Shown: piece after piece, positions 15,601-24,126 of the stretch
How positions within the stretch are numbered: position 1 is the first letter of the stretch
How the letters are laid out: each line of letters starts with the position of its first letter
Assembly: GCF_000260965.1 (NCBI RefSeq)
Contig: NC_017858.1
Span: 15,826 to 47,825, forward strand
DNA: 32,000 nucleotides
Origin: Methylophaga frappieri
Lineage (GTDB): Bacteria > Pseudomonadota > Gammaproteobacteria > Nitrosococcales > Methylophagaceae
Direction of reading: 5' to 3'
Notes under the pieces: model-generated
The model's database searches: none
What the model was told of the DNA's origin: nothing
Seen by the model: only the letters and a program-made list of their open reading frames with translations
Made by a program: the position numbers and the translations under genes

Positions 15601-15850
15601 CGCCTTTGCGAACCTGGGCACCGGCTGCCTTGGCCTGCTTGTAGGTCATCCAGCGATTATCACCGCGCCCCTGGGCCATAAGGTGAATGGCGTTGACGCC
15701 TTTGTAACGCTTGCCCGTTGTCGGGTTCATCGGCATGAAACCCTGGGAACCTGGTTCCCAAGGTTTTTGCCAAGGTGCGGTGCCTGCTTTTAGCTGTTCA
15801 ATCAGGTTTTCCGCTACTGTTTCGTGAAACGGTTTTTTGTTGGCAGCCAT
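12689..15850 (-). CDS. traC: TraC-type primase with an ArdC-like N-terminus (ssDNA-binding plus HExxH zincin) and a C-terminal Toprim domain
   Basis: 1053 aa, close to the size I recall for RP4 TraC1. The N-terminus WQKPW...GKRYKGVNAIHL is ArdC-N-like. HELGH is at 15218-15232. Two tandem modules of about 40 aa, YINVPYREKDEAKGLGARWDRQQQSWFVPPGVD (14126-14248) and YLAVPYGERGAAKAAGAKWDKAAKSWYVGPQGD (13919-14041), follow. The C-terminal part has PVVVLGDDD (Toprim acidic cluster). Confidence 0.85.
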   Translation of the reverse strand: MAANKKPFHETVAENLIEQLKAGTAPWQKPWEPGSQGFMPMNPTTGKRYKGVNAIHLMAQGRGDNRWMTYKQAKAAGAQVRKGEKGTPVQYWKFSEEQNKLDDNGKPVLDGQGKPVKETVMLERPRVFFATVFNGEQIDGMPPLEQKEKTLAWDAVERAEHILKASGADIRHGEHDRAFYRPATDSIHLPDKEQFPTADNYYATALHELGHWTGHSSRLDRDMAHPFGSEGYAKEELKAECFSLIMGDELGIGHDPEQHAAYVGSWIKALQDDPLEIFRATSDAEKMSNYVLAFEQKLVQEQDQAQTQKLEAAPEQTQEAGMQLPNNNQQMRDQLLSALSQEDSQAIVQVANERRRLAAGEMDAQAFEETARQVLGFDLPADWNGAVQVQGNVVIEDGGEQFVEPAHAVGREPEFWGVYAQHENGMHQWVADLNSHNQADELANLLGLVDALSETNEHEQAAKLSRVNEVRVRLDPNSTDDDISAAKEARKTAEATATLNDSDMQRRIAEHERQQARQTKDSQQAQGEPEKQERTYINVPYREKDEAKGLGARWDRQQQSWFVPPGVDTAPFAKWSQGAAQEAPGQQRQQQDQGQTQTAGQQKQYLAVPYGERGAAKAAGAKWDKAAKSWYVGPQGDMERLSRWMPDNVKSQQGPAMSPREEFAEAMKSLGCVVSGEHPIMDGKKHRVSVEGDKKGERAGFYVGHLDGHPAGYISNNRTGVDMKWKSKGYSLDPAEKAKLQAEAAEKLAARAAELEQAQQATAERVSKQTANLVPATEQTPYMQNKGIQPHPGVLTDAEGKKTYIPAHDENGKQWTMQYIQEDGTKRFAKDSRKEGCFHIVGGDMKALEAAPALVLQEGYATAATNAEALGFATVAAFDSGNLPNVAKALHDKFPDKPVVVLGDDDRHQELTQGTNPGKTKAQEAAKAVGGKAAFPVFAPGEAEYPAGVAPITPQSYREHLRASKALETAPEERKADLQKALLSKEQLAALDHMKKHTDFNDLATKSSLGREGVERQVRATVGKAVQEAERKREQKQVEQQVHKQKRSARIGY

Positions 15851-15853
15851 CGG

Positions 15854-16096
15854 TTAGCCCTCCTTGTCATCCCCTGGCACTGTTGCATCCACAAGGTCCG
15901 CGTCACTTTCGGCGGCGTCCTCTTCTGACAGTGCATCTTCAACAAAAGCCCCTACGGTTTCCGCCTCGTCCGGGTCGAACTCGGTTTGATAGCCAGGGGT
16001 CATTGCGTCATCCAGCTTTTCGCGCAAGGCTTCGGCTGCGTTCGCCTGGTCGTCAAAGGTGCTTTGTTCCAGGTTGTCATTGGTTTGGGTAGTCAT
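15854..16096 (-). CDS. Hypothetical hyper-acidic 80-aa protein (traD position)
   Basis: About 25 Asp or Glu versus 3 Lys or Arg in 80 residues. It is tightly packed between the topoisomerase stop (16102) and the traC start (15850). Confidence 0.55.
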   Translation of the reverse strand: MTTQTNDNLEQSTFDDQANAAEALREKLDDAMTPGYQTEFDPDEAETVGAFVEDALSEEDAAESDADLVDATVPGDDKEG

Positions 16097-16101
16097 GGGT
16101 A

Positions 16102-18162
16102 TTACTCCTTGTCGGTATTGTTGCGTCCCTTGCTGTAGTTGGGACGGCCTTTAACATCGGGATAGGTCTGCTTGCAGGTCGGGTAGTTGGAACAACCCCA
16201 CCAAAAGTGACCTTTCTTCTTTGGAAGCGGTCGGCGTGACAGGCCAGCGCCGCACGACATGCACTTGAATACATCAGAAACCGGGGCGGCCTCTTTGCCC
16301 CCTGCAATAGAAACCGCGCCGTCATTGGCCTTGGCAACCTGGTCCCTGATAAACGCCTCTTGCTTGGTGATGAACGCGGCCAGCTCGGTCTTGCCGGACT
16401 CAACGCTTTGCAGCATTCGTTCATAAAGGGCAGTGAGAACGGGGCTTTTGACCACTTCCGGCAAGGCGTCAATCATGCTTCGCCCCAGGGTGGTACTGAT
16501 AATTTGCTTGCCCTTAGTCTCCAGATACTCACGGCGCTTCAATTCGGAAATGATCGAGGCCCGCGTTGCTTCGGTGCCGATCCCGTCACCTTCGCGCAGC
16601 ATCTTCTTGTGCTGTGGATCAGTGACAAAGCGGTGAATGTTGACCATTGCTGTGATCAACGTACCTTCGGTAAACCGCGCCGGGGGCTTCGTCTTGGCGT
16701 CCCTTCTCGCGGCTTGGCCGCAGGTAATCGCGTCACCTTGGCCCATTTTGGGGAGTGACTGGCTTTCGTCGTCCTGGTCGCCCTCGTCCTCGTCTGAGTT
16801 GTCCAGGTACACGTCATGCCAGCCGCTTTTCGTGACCACTTTGCCTTTCGCGCTGAACGTCTCGCCTTCAACATCGACGGCAACGGTCGTGCTCATGAAT
16901 TCATGGATCGGGTAGAACTGCGCCAGGTATGCCCGCACCACCAGGTCATAGATATTGCGCTCTTTGTCATTGAGCTTGTTCAAATCGCCCTTGTGCATCG
17001 TCGGGATAATCCCGTGGTGCGCCGACACCTTCTTATCGTTCCAGGTTCGGGACCGAATGCTGGTATCCGCACCGTCAACAATGGACGCCAGGGCGGGGTT
17101 CACCGCTTTAACCGCAGCCAGCACGTCCGGGGCATCGGCAAACTGAGATTCCGGCAGGTAGGCACAGTCGGTTCGCGGGTACGTGGTCAGCTTGTGCGTC
17201 TCGTACAACGACTGACAGGTTTTAAGCACGTCCTCGGCGCTGTAGCCGAAGCGCTTGGACGCCAGGGCGGTCATGTCGGAAAGGCTGAACGTCAGCGGGT
17301 GGTTTTGCTTCTTGGCTTCCTGCTTGTACTCGCTGATTGAGCCAGGCTTGCCGGTGAGTGATTCAACCAGTGCATTCGCAACAGCAGTGTCTACAAGCCT
17401 GCCCTCGGCATCGAGGCCCGCTTGATCTTCTTTGGCCTTCCAGCTCGCCCAAAATGCTCCGTTCGGGTGTTGGATTTCGGCGCGAATAGTGTGGAACGGC
17501 ACCGCCTTGAATGACTCAATTTCGCGGTCCCTGGTGACAACCAGGGCAAGCGTAGGGGTTTGCACCCGGCCAACCGTCAACAACGCCCTGGAGCCACCCC
17601 GTTGCGCTCTCAGGGTGTACGCTCGGGACAGGTTCATGCCAATGAGCCAGTCAGCCTTACCGCGCCCTTCGGCAGCGTCTGCAAAGCCGTGGTACTCCTG
17701 GTTATCCTTCATGCTCGCCAGCGCCCGCTTGACGGATACCGAGTCAATGGCGTTCGACCAGTAACGAATCACCGGCTTTGTGTTGTTGAAGTGCTCCAGC
17801 AGTTCATCAACCAATAGCTGGCCCTCGCGGTCGGGGTCGCCAGCGTTCACAACTTGCGATGCGGACTTGAGCAAACCGCCTATAACGCGAACCTGCTTCT
17901 TGGCGTCATCTTTCGGCCTCAAAATCCATTCATCAGGGATGATTGGCAGTTCATCGACACGCCAGATTTTGCGGCCCTTATCATTGGTGGGCACATCATC
18001 AGGGGTGTATTCGTCCGGGCCTGCTTGTTCCAGCATGTGGCCGAAACACCAGGTCACTTTGTCACTGCCGCACTCAATGTACCCGTCACCCTTTCCGGTA
18101 ACGCCCAGCTCGGCAGCAATGGCTTTTGCGACCGAGGGTTTTTCTGCAATAAATAGTCTCAT
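16102..18162 (-). CDS. traE: DNA topoisomerase III (IncP TraE)
   Basis: I prefer the ATG at 18162 (GGAGGG RBS). This gives [19 protein letters not shown], the canonical Toprim start. The 31 upstream codons of the track ORF overlap traF. A C-terminal Cys4 zinc ribbon is present (CMSCGAG...GCSNYPTC). Confidence 0.9.
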   Translation of the reverse strand: MRLFIAEKPSVAKAIAAELGVTGKGDGYIECGSDKVTWCFGHMLEQAGPDEYTPDDVPTNDKGRKIWRVDELPIIPDEWILRPKDDAKKQVRVIGGLLKSASQVVNAGDPDREGQLLVDELLEHFNNTKPVIRYWSNAIDSVSVKRALASMKDNQEYHGFADAAEGRGKADWLIGMNLSRAYTLRAQRGGSRALLTVGRVQTPTLALVVTRDREIESFKAVPFHTIRAEIQHPNGAFWASWKAKEDQAGLDAEGRLVDTAVANALVESLTGKPGSISEYKQEAKKQNHPLTFSLSDMTALASKRFGYSAEDVLKTCQSLYETHKLTTYPRTDCAYLPESQFADAPDVLAAVKAVNPALASIVDGADTSIRSRTWNDKKVSAHHGIIPTMHKGDLNKLNDKERNIYDLVVRAYLAQFYPIHEFMSTTVAVDVEGETFSAKGKVVTKSGWHDVYLDNSDEDEGDQDDESQSLPKMGQGDAITCGQAARRDAKTKPPARFTEGTLITAMVNIHRFVTDPQHKKMLREGDGIGTEATRASIISELKRREYLETKGKQIISTTLGRSMIDALPEVVKSPVLTALYERMLQSVESGKTELAAFITKQEAFIRDQVAKANDGAVSIAGGKEAAPVSDVFKCMSCGAGLSRRPLPKKKGHFWWGCSNYPTCKQTYPDVKGRPNYSKGRNNTDKE

Positions 18163-18181
18163 GGTGGTTCCCTCCCCTTCC

Positions 18182-18718
18182 CTACCAGGTAATAACCGGA
18201 CGAATGACGCTCTTAACTTGCGAGCGACTGACTGGCCCGAAGTAACGACCATCAAATGAGGTATCGCTTACATCGGACATAAGCAGCAGCTCAGAGCTGC
18301 CGAGTGTGTATTGATCGGATTGATAGCGCGGCAACTCCCGGCCAGCCGAGTCGGCTTTGATCGGCTTGCTGTGAGGCAGTAATTGCCCGTCAACAGCAAC
18401 ACCGTTATTCGTTACCGTCACCGTGTCGCCTTTAGCGGCTAAAATTCTTTTCATCATGTAGCCGTAGTCACCAGGGCAGAAACCTCCAGCGATATAGTCA
18501 CGCTCTCTGGCTGTGTCGAAAACGCTAACGTCAGGGGGGCAAAACAGGACATAGGCCCCCTTCTCAATTGGTGCGTCAGTCGTCCAGTAAAGCCCGACCG
18601 GAATGCTTTTGGTGGTGTTGATACGCGCCCCGGCTGCGTAGCTAATGGCTGCAAGGGACATTGCCGCGACACCGGCAATAGCAACTCCGGCATAGATGCG
18701 TTTCAGACTGATTTTCAT
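18182..18718 (-). CDS. traF: TraF, conjugative signal-peptidase-like pilin maturation protease (S26 family)
   Basis: 178 aa. It has an N-terminal TM segment, then INTTKSIPVGLYW and ...DTSFDGRYFGPV. It follows traG with an ATGA overlap. Confidence 0.85.
   Translation of the reverse strand: MKISLKRIYAGVAIAGVAAMSLAAISYAAGARINTTKSIPVGLYWTTDAPIEKGAYVLFCPPDVSVFDTARERDYIAGGFCPGDYGYMMKRILAAKGDTVTVTNNGVAVDGQLLPHSKPIKADSAGRELPRYQSDQYTLGSSELLLMSDVSDTSFDGRYFGPVSRSQVKSVIRPVITW
18431..18443. promoter_or_regulatory. KorB operator (OB), perfect, inside traF
   Basis: TTTAGCGGCTAAA. It is read on the minus strand as tta gcc gct aaa (ILAAKG of TraF). Confidence 0.85.
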
Positions 18719-20622
18719 ATTGTCACCCCCTCGCCTTCCGGCTCCGCGACAATGCGCAGCTTGTCACTGAGTTTCGGGGCATCAACGCTTGCGCGGGCCT
18801 GGAAAACAGGGTCTTTGAAGTAGAGCGGTTGCTTGCCATAAACAGCGGGATAACCGGCGACGTAAATCACCATGTCCCCGGCTTTCTCAATGTCACCGGC
18901 TGCATTCTTTGTCGGTCCCGGCATACGCAGGCATTCATCAGGGGTCAGCAATGGGCGCTGTACTTCCTGAATGGTGCGAGATACCTGGCCGAGCATGGCC
19001 GACGTGCGGCGGCCACTGGTGGTGATCTGCTCTTTGACAACAGTGGTTTGCCCGGTCAGACGTGACAGGTGTTCCGCTGTTTCAATTCGGTTCGGTGGGT
19101 AGGCGTTCTGAACGTGGCAGTTCGACGTAATGGTTTCATCGGGACCATAGCCAGTTTCACGGCTTTTGAGCTGGTTCAAGTCCTGACAAATCAGGTAACA
19201 CTTGATGCCATAGCCCGCGACAAATGCCAGCGACTCTTGCAGGATTTCCAGCTTACCCAGGCTTGGAAACTCGTCCAGCATTGCCAAAAGGCGGTGCTTG
19301 TAGTGCGCAACAGGCCGCCCCTTCTCGAACGACATTTCATCTGCCAGCAGGCGAATAATCATGTTAGTCAGCACGCGCACCAACGGGCGCAGACGGGCCT
19401 TGTCGTTCGGCTGAGTCACGATATAGAGACTCACAGGGTCATCGTGATTCATCAGGTCTTTGATACGGAACTCAGACTTGCTTACGTTCCGGGCAACCAC
19501 GGGGTCACGGTACAAAGCCAAGTAAGACTTGGCGGTTGAAAGTACCGAGCCGCCTTCTTCTTCGGGGCGGTCCATCATGTCGCGGGCTGCGGAACCAACC
19601 GCTGGATGGTTCTGGCCGTCAACATGGCCGTAAGTCGCCATTTCCATCCAAAGCTCGCCAGTGTCGCGCTCTGGATCGGCCAGCATGGCATCAACAACCG
19701 GCAGGCTGGCCGGGGTGCCCTCGTTCTTCGCTTTGTAAAGCGCGTGAAGAATGACACCCACCAGAAGGGCGTAGGACGTTTTCTGCCAGTGCGAATCCAT
19801 GCCCTTACCATCAGGATCAACGATAAGCGTTGCCAGGTTCTGAACGTCCCCAACTTCGTATTCAGTGCCAATACGGATTTCATCCAGGGGATTCCAGCAG
19901 ACGCCCCCATTGCTCGATGCAGGCTCAAAACGCAGCACCTTATTCTTGGCGTGCTTTTGCCGCCATCCGGCGGTCAAAGCCCACAACTCGCCTTTCAGGT
20001 CGGTTATGACGGTGCTCTGAGGCCACGAAAGCAGTGTGGGAACAACCAGGCCGACACCTTTACCCGAACGGGTTGGGGCATACGTCAAAACGTGCTCAGG
20101 GCCGTTGTGTCGCAGGTAATAGAACTTGCCGTCTTTATCTTCCCAACCGCCGACATAAACGCCGGTTGAAGTCGGGGCGTCTTTGCCCGTCACAACCTCC
20201 AAAGCTGTGCGCTCACGCGGCAGCAAGCCCGCTGCCTGAATATCCTTCTTCTCTGCCCAGCGGGCCGAACCGTGCAGATATTCGCTGGCTTTGGAGCTGT
20301 TCGACGTGACTACCTTGGCAATGGCAACACCGAGCAAACCAACAGTCGTAACAACCATGCCGATACTGCCAGACCGCATGAACTCGTCGGGGTAGATGCT
20401 GTACCAATCACTGGCCCAGCTCAGAATTGACCAGGGCGCATAGACGTGATTGATATGACCGCCAAGGTTGTCCTGGTAGTTGAATGTATATGCGAAGAAC
20501 TGCGTTGCGGCTTGCAAGCCACCGAGGACGGACACCGCGCCCAGGGCTGGCAATAGCCGTTGCTTCTTCGGTTTTCGGTCGCGCACCTGCGGGCCGACCG
20601 CGTTGTTTATTTTTGGCTTCAT
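18715..20622 (-). CDS. traG: TraG type IV coupling protein (VirD4 family)
   Basis: 635 aa. It has N-terminal TM helices and Walker A APTRSGKGVGLVVPT. A Walker B-like motif, LLAMLDEFPSLG, is also present. The start overlaps the traI stop (ATGA). Confidence 0.9.
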   Translation of the reverse strand: MKPKINNAVGPQVRDRKPKKQRLLPALGAVSVLGGLQAATQFFAYTFNYQDNLGGHINHVYAPWSILSWASDWYSIYPDEFMRSGSIGMVVTTVGLLGVAIAKVVTSNSSKASEYLHGSARWAEKKDIQAAGLLPRERTALEVVTGKDAPTSTGVYVGGWEDKDGKFYYLRHNGPEHVLTYAPTRSGKGVGLVVPTLLSWPQSTVITDLKGELWALTAGWRQKHAKNKVLRFEPASSNGGVCWNPLDEIRIGTEYEVGDVQNLATLIVDPDGKGMDSHWQKTSYALLVGVILHALYKAKNEGTPASLPVVDAMLADPERDTGELWMEMATYGHVDGQNHPAVGSAARDMMDRPEEEGGSVLSTAKSYLALYRDPVVARNVSKSEFRIKDLMNHDDPVSLYIVTQPNDKARLRPLVRVLTNMIIRLLADEMSFEKGRPVAHYKHRLLAMLDEFPSLGKLEILQESLAFVAGYGIKCYLICQDLNQLKSRETGYGPDETITSNCHVQNAYPPNRIETAEHLSRLTGQTTVVKEQITTSGRRTSAMLGQVSRTIQEVQRPLLTPDECLRMPGPTKNAAGDIEKAGDMVIYVAGYPAVYGKQPLYFKDPVFQARASVDAPKLSDKLRIVAEPEGEGVTI

Positions 20623-22907
20623 CTGCTCCTTCCTCTTGATCTCTTGAGCGAACCTTGCGGAGTGACTGTCACGGCTTCACCGATCCGAACGCGCTTCATG
20701 CGCTGTGCCGTGGCCTTGTCGATTGGCAACACCAGGACTTCATCCCCACGATTTAACAGGGCCAATGATTGCCCCTGAACATTCCGAGTGCCGCCATAAG
20801 TAACCGCACCATCCTGATTAGTATATCGTGAATGCTTCGGTATATCGAAACCTTTTAGGCGCTTCGCCTCCCGCTCGGCAATGTATTTATCTGCTGCACT
20901 GGCCTTATCAGCCGCTATTCCTCCTGACCCAGAAACTCCCCATCGCAGTTGGTTATCTGGTTTGGCTCCTTGGTGCTCCAGCTCACCAGGAACATTACCC
21001 GGCAATAACACTTCACCTCCTCGGGCGAAGCGAACCACACCGAGTGAGGACAGCGCTCGCAGACGGTTTTTTGCGAAGGACGGCGGCTCTCCTCCAATGC
21101 CTGTAACGTGGGGCTTGTTGAGGACATGGCGGCCTCCATTTCCGGCGTCATTTCGACGGCCTGCGGCGGCGCTGCCGGTGCCTGCTGACGGTCCGCGTCC
21201 TCGCTGGCCGCCTCCGGTTCGGCTTGCGGCTGCGGCTCGGCTGTCGGCGGCTCCGCGTCCTCTTCCGGCGTCGTCGGCAGCTCCCCGTCCAGGGCGGCCA
21301 GTGCCGCGTCTATCAGCTCGTCCTCGCTCATTTCCTCTTCTGGCTTGTTCGTTTCGTCGGTCATGACTGTTCTCCTGTTGCAATAGCTGCTGTCTGCGGC
21401 GCTCCAGGCCCGCATCAGCAAAAGTGATTGGTAAGTTTGAGGTGGCGGCAGCGTGGATTACCTGCGCCTTGAATTGAGGCGAACCATTAACGGTGATCCG
21501 GTTTCCATAGCGTTCCATCGCCATGCGCAAGGCTTCGGTCACTGCGTCACCAGTGGCAGCTTTGGAAACCTGCAACTTGTCGCCATCGTCACGGACGGCA
21601 CTGCTGGCCGTGCGAAAAATGATGGTGCCTTTTTTGGTGATATTGTCCGTAACAGGAGCATGTCCCGGCTTCGCCCCACCTTCCCCCTTGATGGTGTCGC
21701 CCTGGAGTCCTTTGGCTTGCTCTCGCGCCCGCAACGCCTCCAGCGCCTTCTTGTCGCCGTCGAGCGCCTGTTGTTTCAGCCAATCCGCCCAAGCTCGCCG
21801 CTTGTACTGTTCGTACAGCTCCTGACGCTCTCGCTTGTGCTCCTTGTTGATCGACTGAATTTCATCTTTCAGCGCCTTATGGGCTTGCGCGTACAGTAGT
21901 TTTTTGGAAAGGCGATCCCCGCCCATTAGCTTTATGGCTGAACGGCGTAGACGATTGGACCGCTTCGCGGCCTCTATCCGCCGATCCTTCCTCCCCCTGG
22001 CGTTATCCCATTCAACCTTACGCGCAGCGGTCAGGTTCTTTTGTTCTTCCTGATACCTGGCGTACAACTCGGTTGTGTTGACCTTGAAGCGTGTAGGGCG
22101 CTTGTCATATCGGCGCTTTGCTTTCCTCTCGGCTTGCGCCTCTGTTTCCTCAAAGGCACCAAGCCGGGCTTCCAACTTCGGCTTGGACAAGTCGCGGGCG
22201 ACGGTGCTGGCCTTAACCTGCGTCCCGTCCTCCGATTCGATGACAAAGCCATTGGCCCGCTGGCGAATCTCTAAACCGTTATCACCCATAACCTGGTGCA
22301 GCTCTTCCCAAGTCTTGGCCGTTCGGATTTCCTCCAGGCACTCCCGCTTGATCCAGCTCACCAGGCTTTCAATGCCTGCGTGCCGCTCCATGTCCGACGC
22401 CCGCCCTTGGGAAACACTTTTGCGCCCCTGGTGGTTATCCTTCTGCAAGCCATATTCATCTTCGAGCGCGTCACACAATCCGCCAAGCGTCCTATAAGCC
22501 TGATACGGCTCGTGCATCGTGTTCCTGGTCGGATGAATTTTGTTGATTGCGATGTGAATGTGGACGTTATCAGTGTCGTGATGAACAGCACTGACCCGTT
22601 GATGGTCCGCATAACCAAGCCCAGCACAAATGCGCTCTTCTACCGCTTTCAGAACGCCATCTTCTGGCTTTTCTCCAGCCGGGAAGCTGACTATCAGGTG
22701 GTATGTTTTGTCGCCCTTAGCGCGGGTATTGGCCTGCTGCGTGGCAAGCACTTCACCAATCACGGCCTGCATGGTGTCGGCCTCGCAATTAGTCGCGTTC
22801 ACCAGGCCAAGACGTTCGGTTTTGCTTTGCTCGTCGGTGATGTACTTCACCAACCCAGCAAAGTCGGATTTTTTCAACGAGCGCATAGGGACGTGCTTTG
22901 CAATCAA
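20619..22907 (-). CDS. traI: TraI relaxase (MOBP, IncP type)
   Basis: The N-terminus MIAKHVPMRSLKKSDFAGLVKYITDEQSKTERLG closely matches my recollection of RP4 TraI. Motif I has KTYHLIVSF (catalytic Tyr region). Motif III is HHDTDNVHIHIAINKIHP. An Arg/Gly-rich low-complexity region lies near the C-terminal third. Confidence 0.92.
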   Translation of the reverse strand: MIAKHVPMRSLKKSDFAGLVKYITDEQSKTERLGLVNATNCEADTMQAVIGEVLATQQANTRAKGDKTYHLIVSFPAGEKPEDGVLKAVEERICAGLGYADHQRVSAVHHDTDNVHIHIAINKIHPTRNTMHEPYQAYRTLGGLCDALEDEYGLQKDNHQGRKSVSQGRASDMERHAGIESLVSWIKRECLEEIRTAKTWEELHQVMGDNGLEIRQRANGFVIESEDGTQVKASTVARDLSKPKLEARLGAFEETEAQAERKAKRRYDKRPTRFKVNTTELYARYQEEQKNLTAARKVEWDNARGRKDRRIEAAKRSNRLRRSAIKLMGGDRLSKKLLYAQAHKALKDEIQSINKEHKRERQELYEQYKRRAWADWLKQQALDGDKKALEALRAREQAKGLQGDTIKGEGGAKPGHAPVTDNITKKGTIIFRTASSAVRDDGDKLQVSKAATGDAVTEALRMAMERYGNRITVNGSPQFKAQVIHAAATSNLPITFADAGLERRRQQLLQQENSHDRRNEQARRGNERGRADRRGTGRPGRGAADDAGRGRGAADSRAAAASRTGGGQRGRGPSAGTGSAAAGRRNDAGNGGRHVLNKPHVTGIGGEPPSFAKNRLRALSSLGVVRFARGGEVLLPGNVPGELEHQGAKPDNQLRWGVSGSGGIAADKASAADKYIAEREAKRLKGFDIPKHSRYTNQDGAVTYGGTRNVQGQSLALLNRGDEVLVLPIDKATAQRMKRVRIGEAVTVTPQGSLKRSRGRSR
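20915..21364 (-). CDS. traH: TraH, encoded inside traI in another reading frame
   Basis: The ATG at 21364 is preceded by AGGAGA. The product starts MTDETNKPEEEMSEDELIDAAL... (acidic). It ends in a Cys-rich module, CERCPHSVWFASPEEVKCYCRVMFLVSWS...NCDG. A nested traH is a known IncP-1 feature. Confidence 0.7.
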   Translation of the reverse strand: MTDETNKPEEEMSEDELIDAALAALDGELPTTPEEDAEPPTAEPQPQAEPEAASEDADRQQAPAAPPQAVEMTPEMEAAMSSTSPTLQALEESRRPSQKTVCERCPHSVWFASPEEVKCYCRVMFLVSWSTKEPNQITNCDGEFLGQEE

Positions 22908-22924
22908 AAGCCACCCCCTGGAGT

Positions 22925-22937
22925 TTTAGCCGCTAAA
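22925..22937. promoter_or_regulatory. KorB operator (OB), perfect, between traJ and traI
   Basis: TTTAGCCGCTAAA, located 1 nt after the traJ stop codon and 18 nt before the traI ATG. Confidence 0.85.
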
Positions 22938-22938
22938 A

Positions 22939-23310
22939 TCATGGCTCCGACCTCGGCATGACAACCTTGGTCATGACCTTGCCCATTTCCTCCTGCGTCG
23001 CCTCAATCTTGCTGAGCACAGCAAGGATTGTTGACTGACCGAACTGAGCCGTTCGCACGTCATCCGTTAGCCATAATTTCAAGAGGCCGCCCAAGCGGCC
23101 AAGATCGCCGTTTATCCGGGCTAACTCCCGTACCTGCTCATAATCGACCACTCCCTTGATTTGGTAGCCCTGACCGACCTCGCGCAGATAACGGGCAACA
23201 CTCATGCCCGCCCGAGCCGCTTGCGCTTCGATTGCATCTTTCTCGTCGTCAAAGACTGGCACCCGCAAATGATGTGAACGCTTTTTGCCAGACTTCTTTT
23301 CCTCACTCAT
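22939..23310 (-). CDS. traJ: TraJ, oriT-recognising relaxosome protein
   Basis: 123 aa, the size I recall for RP4 TraJ. It has a ribbon-helix-helix-like HHLRVPVFDDEKDAIEAQAARAGMSVARYLRE. It lies adjacent to oriT and is divergent from traK. Confidence 0.85.
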   Translation of the reverse strand: MSEEKKSGKKRSHHLRVPVFDDEKDAIEAQAARAGMSVARYLREVGQGYQIKGVVDYEQVRELARINGDLGRLGGLLKLWLTDDVRTAQFGQSTILAVLSKIEATQEEMGKVMTKVVMPRSEP

Positions 23311-23329
23311 TTATATGCACCTCTCTATC

Positions 23330-23460
23330 AACCGGCGGTAGCCGGTAGCCTCGCAGAGCAGGATTCCCCGTTGAGCGCCCCCGGCGCGAATAAGGGGAAG
23401 TGAAGTTAGGTAATCGGCTCCGCCGATTAGCTAACTTCACCTATCCTGCCCGCCTTACGG
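23330..23460 (+). other. oriT: oriT core (IncP type) with the nick region
   Basis: accggcggtagccggtagcctcgcagagcaggattcc...aataagggg..gtgaag...cttcacctATCCTGccc is colinear with my recollection of the RP4 oriT. The nick-region consensus YATCCTG/Y is at 23442-23449. The predicted nick is between G23448 and C23449 on the + strand. Confidence 0.85.
23400..23440. repeat. oriT inverted repeat (TraJ-binding hairpin equivalent)
   Basis: gtgaagttaggtaatcgg (23400-23417) pairs with ccgattagctaacttcac (23423-23440), 18 bp with one mismatch and a 5-nt loop. The repeat ends 8 nt before the nick, as in RP4. Confidence 0.8.
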
Positions 23461-23688
23461 CGTTCATAACACCAAGGTAAGTGTACATCAACAATTTCGA
23501 TTTAACCGCTATTTTTGCGCAAATCTAGCGCTATCGCACAAACGATATAGTGAAATTTGCAGAAAACGGCCTATAATGGCAGCTAGAAGCGCTCTAGTAG
23601 CGATAAAACAGCGCACTTATAGCGATGTAATGAATAGCGCCGCAGTGGTAAATTGGCACTCAGGCAGGTAACAGATGGATACAAAGGC

Positions 23689-24126
23689 ATGGCAAAAGCG
23701 AGAAGCTACACCGATGAACTGGCAGAGTGGGTGAAGAAACGAGACAAAACACGCACACGGCAAGATAAGAACGTAGTGGCTTTTCTTGCCGTTCGAGATG
23801 ATGTGAAAGAAGCGATAGCAGCAGGCTATGCGATTAAAACGATATGGGAGCACATGCACGAACAAGGGAAGATTGCCTATCGCTACGAAACCTTCCTAAA
23901 GCATGTGAAGCGGCATATCAAAGAGGCCAAGACTGACAAGCAGCCAGTTTTAGCCGCTAAAAACGAGGCCGACGCCAGTGCCACCAATAAGCAGCCCGAC
24001 AACAAACCGGTAACTGCTGCACCAAAGGCAAAAGGCAGCGAGTCCAAAGAAAATGAAAAACCGCAATTACCAGGTACTGGCGGTTTCAACTATCAAGCAA
24101 AACCCAACAAAGAGGATTTAATCTAA
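23689..24126 (+). CDS. traK: TraK, oriT-binding/bending relaxosome accessory protein
   Basis: I prefer the ATG at 23689, because the track ORF starts at a TTG at 23653. MAKARSYTDELAEWV...VAFLAVRDDVKEAIAAGYAIKTIWEHMHEQGKI.YRYETF..HV.RHI matches my recollection of RP4 TraK. The C-terminal half is basic and Pro/Lys-rich. Confidence 0.85.
   Translation: MAKARSYTDELAEWVKKRDKTRTRQDKNVVAFLAVRDDVKEAIAAGYAIKTIWEHMHEQGKIAYRYETFLKHVKRHIKEAKTDKQPVLAAKNEADASATNKQPDNKPVTAAPKAKGSESKENEKPQLPGTGGFNYQAKPNKEDLI
23949..23961. promoter_or_regulatory. KorB operator (OB), perfect, inside traK
   Basis: TTTAGCCGCTAAA, read as tta gcc gct aaa (VLAAKN of TraK). Confidence 0.85.

Noticed and set aside
18163-18255. 31-codon N-terminal extension of the topoisomerase ORF (start at 18255)
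   Set aside because: The extension overlaps the 3' end of traF. The canonical [10 protein letters not shown] start at 18162 has a strong GGAGGG RBS.
22296-22961. 221-aa plus-strand ORF opposite the traI 5' region and traJ end
   Set aside because: It is antisense to the most conserved part of the relaxase. It has no motifs and would run across the traJ-traI intergenic OB site.
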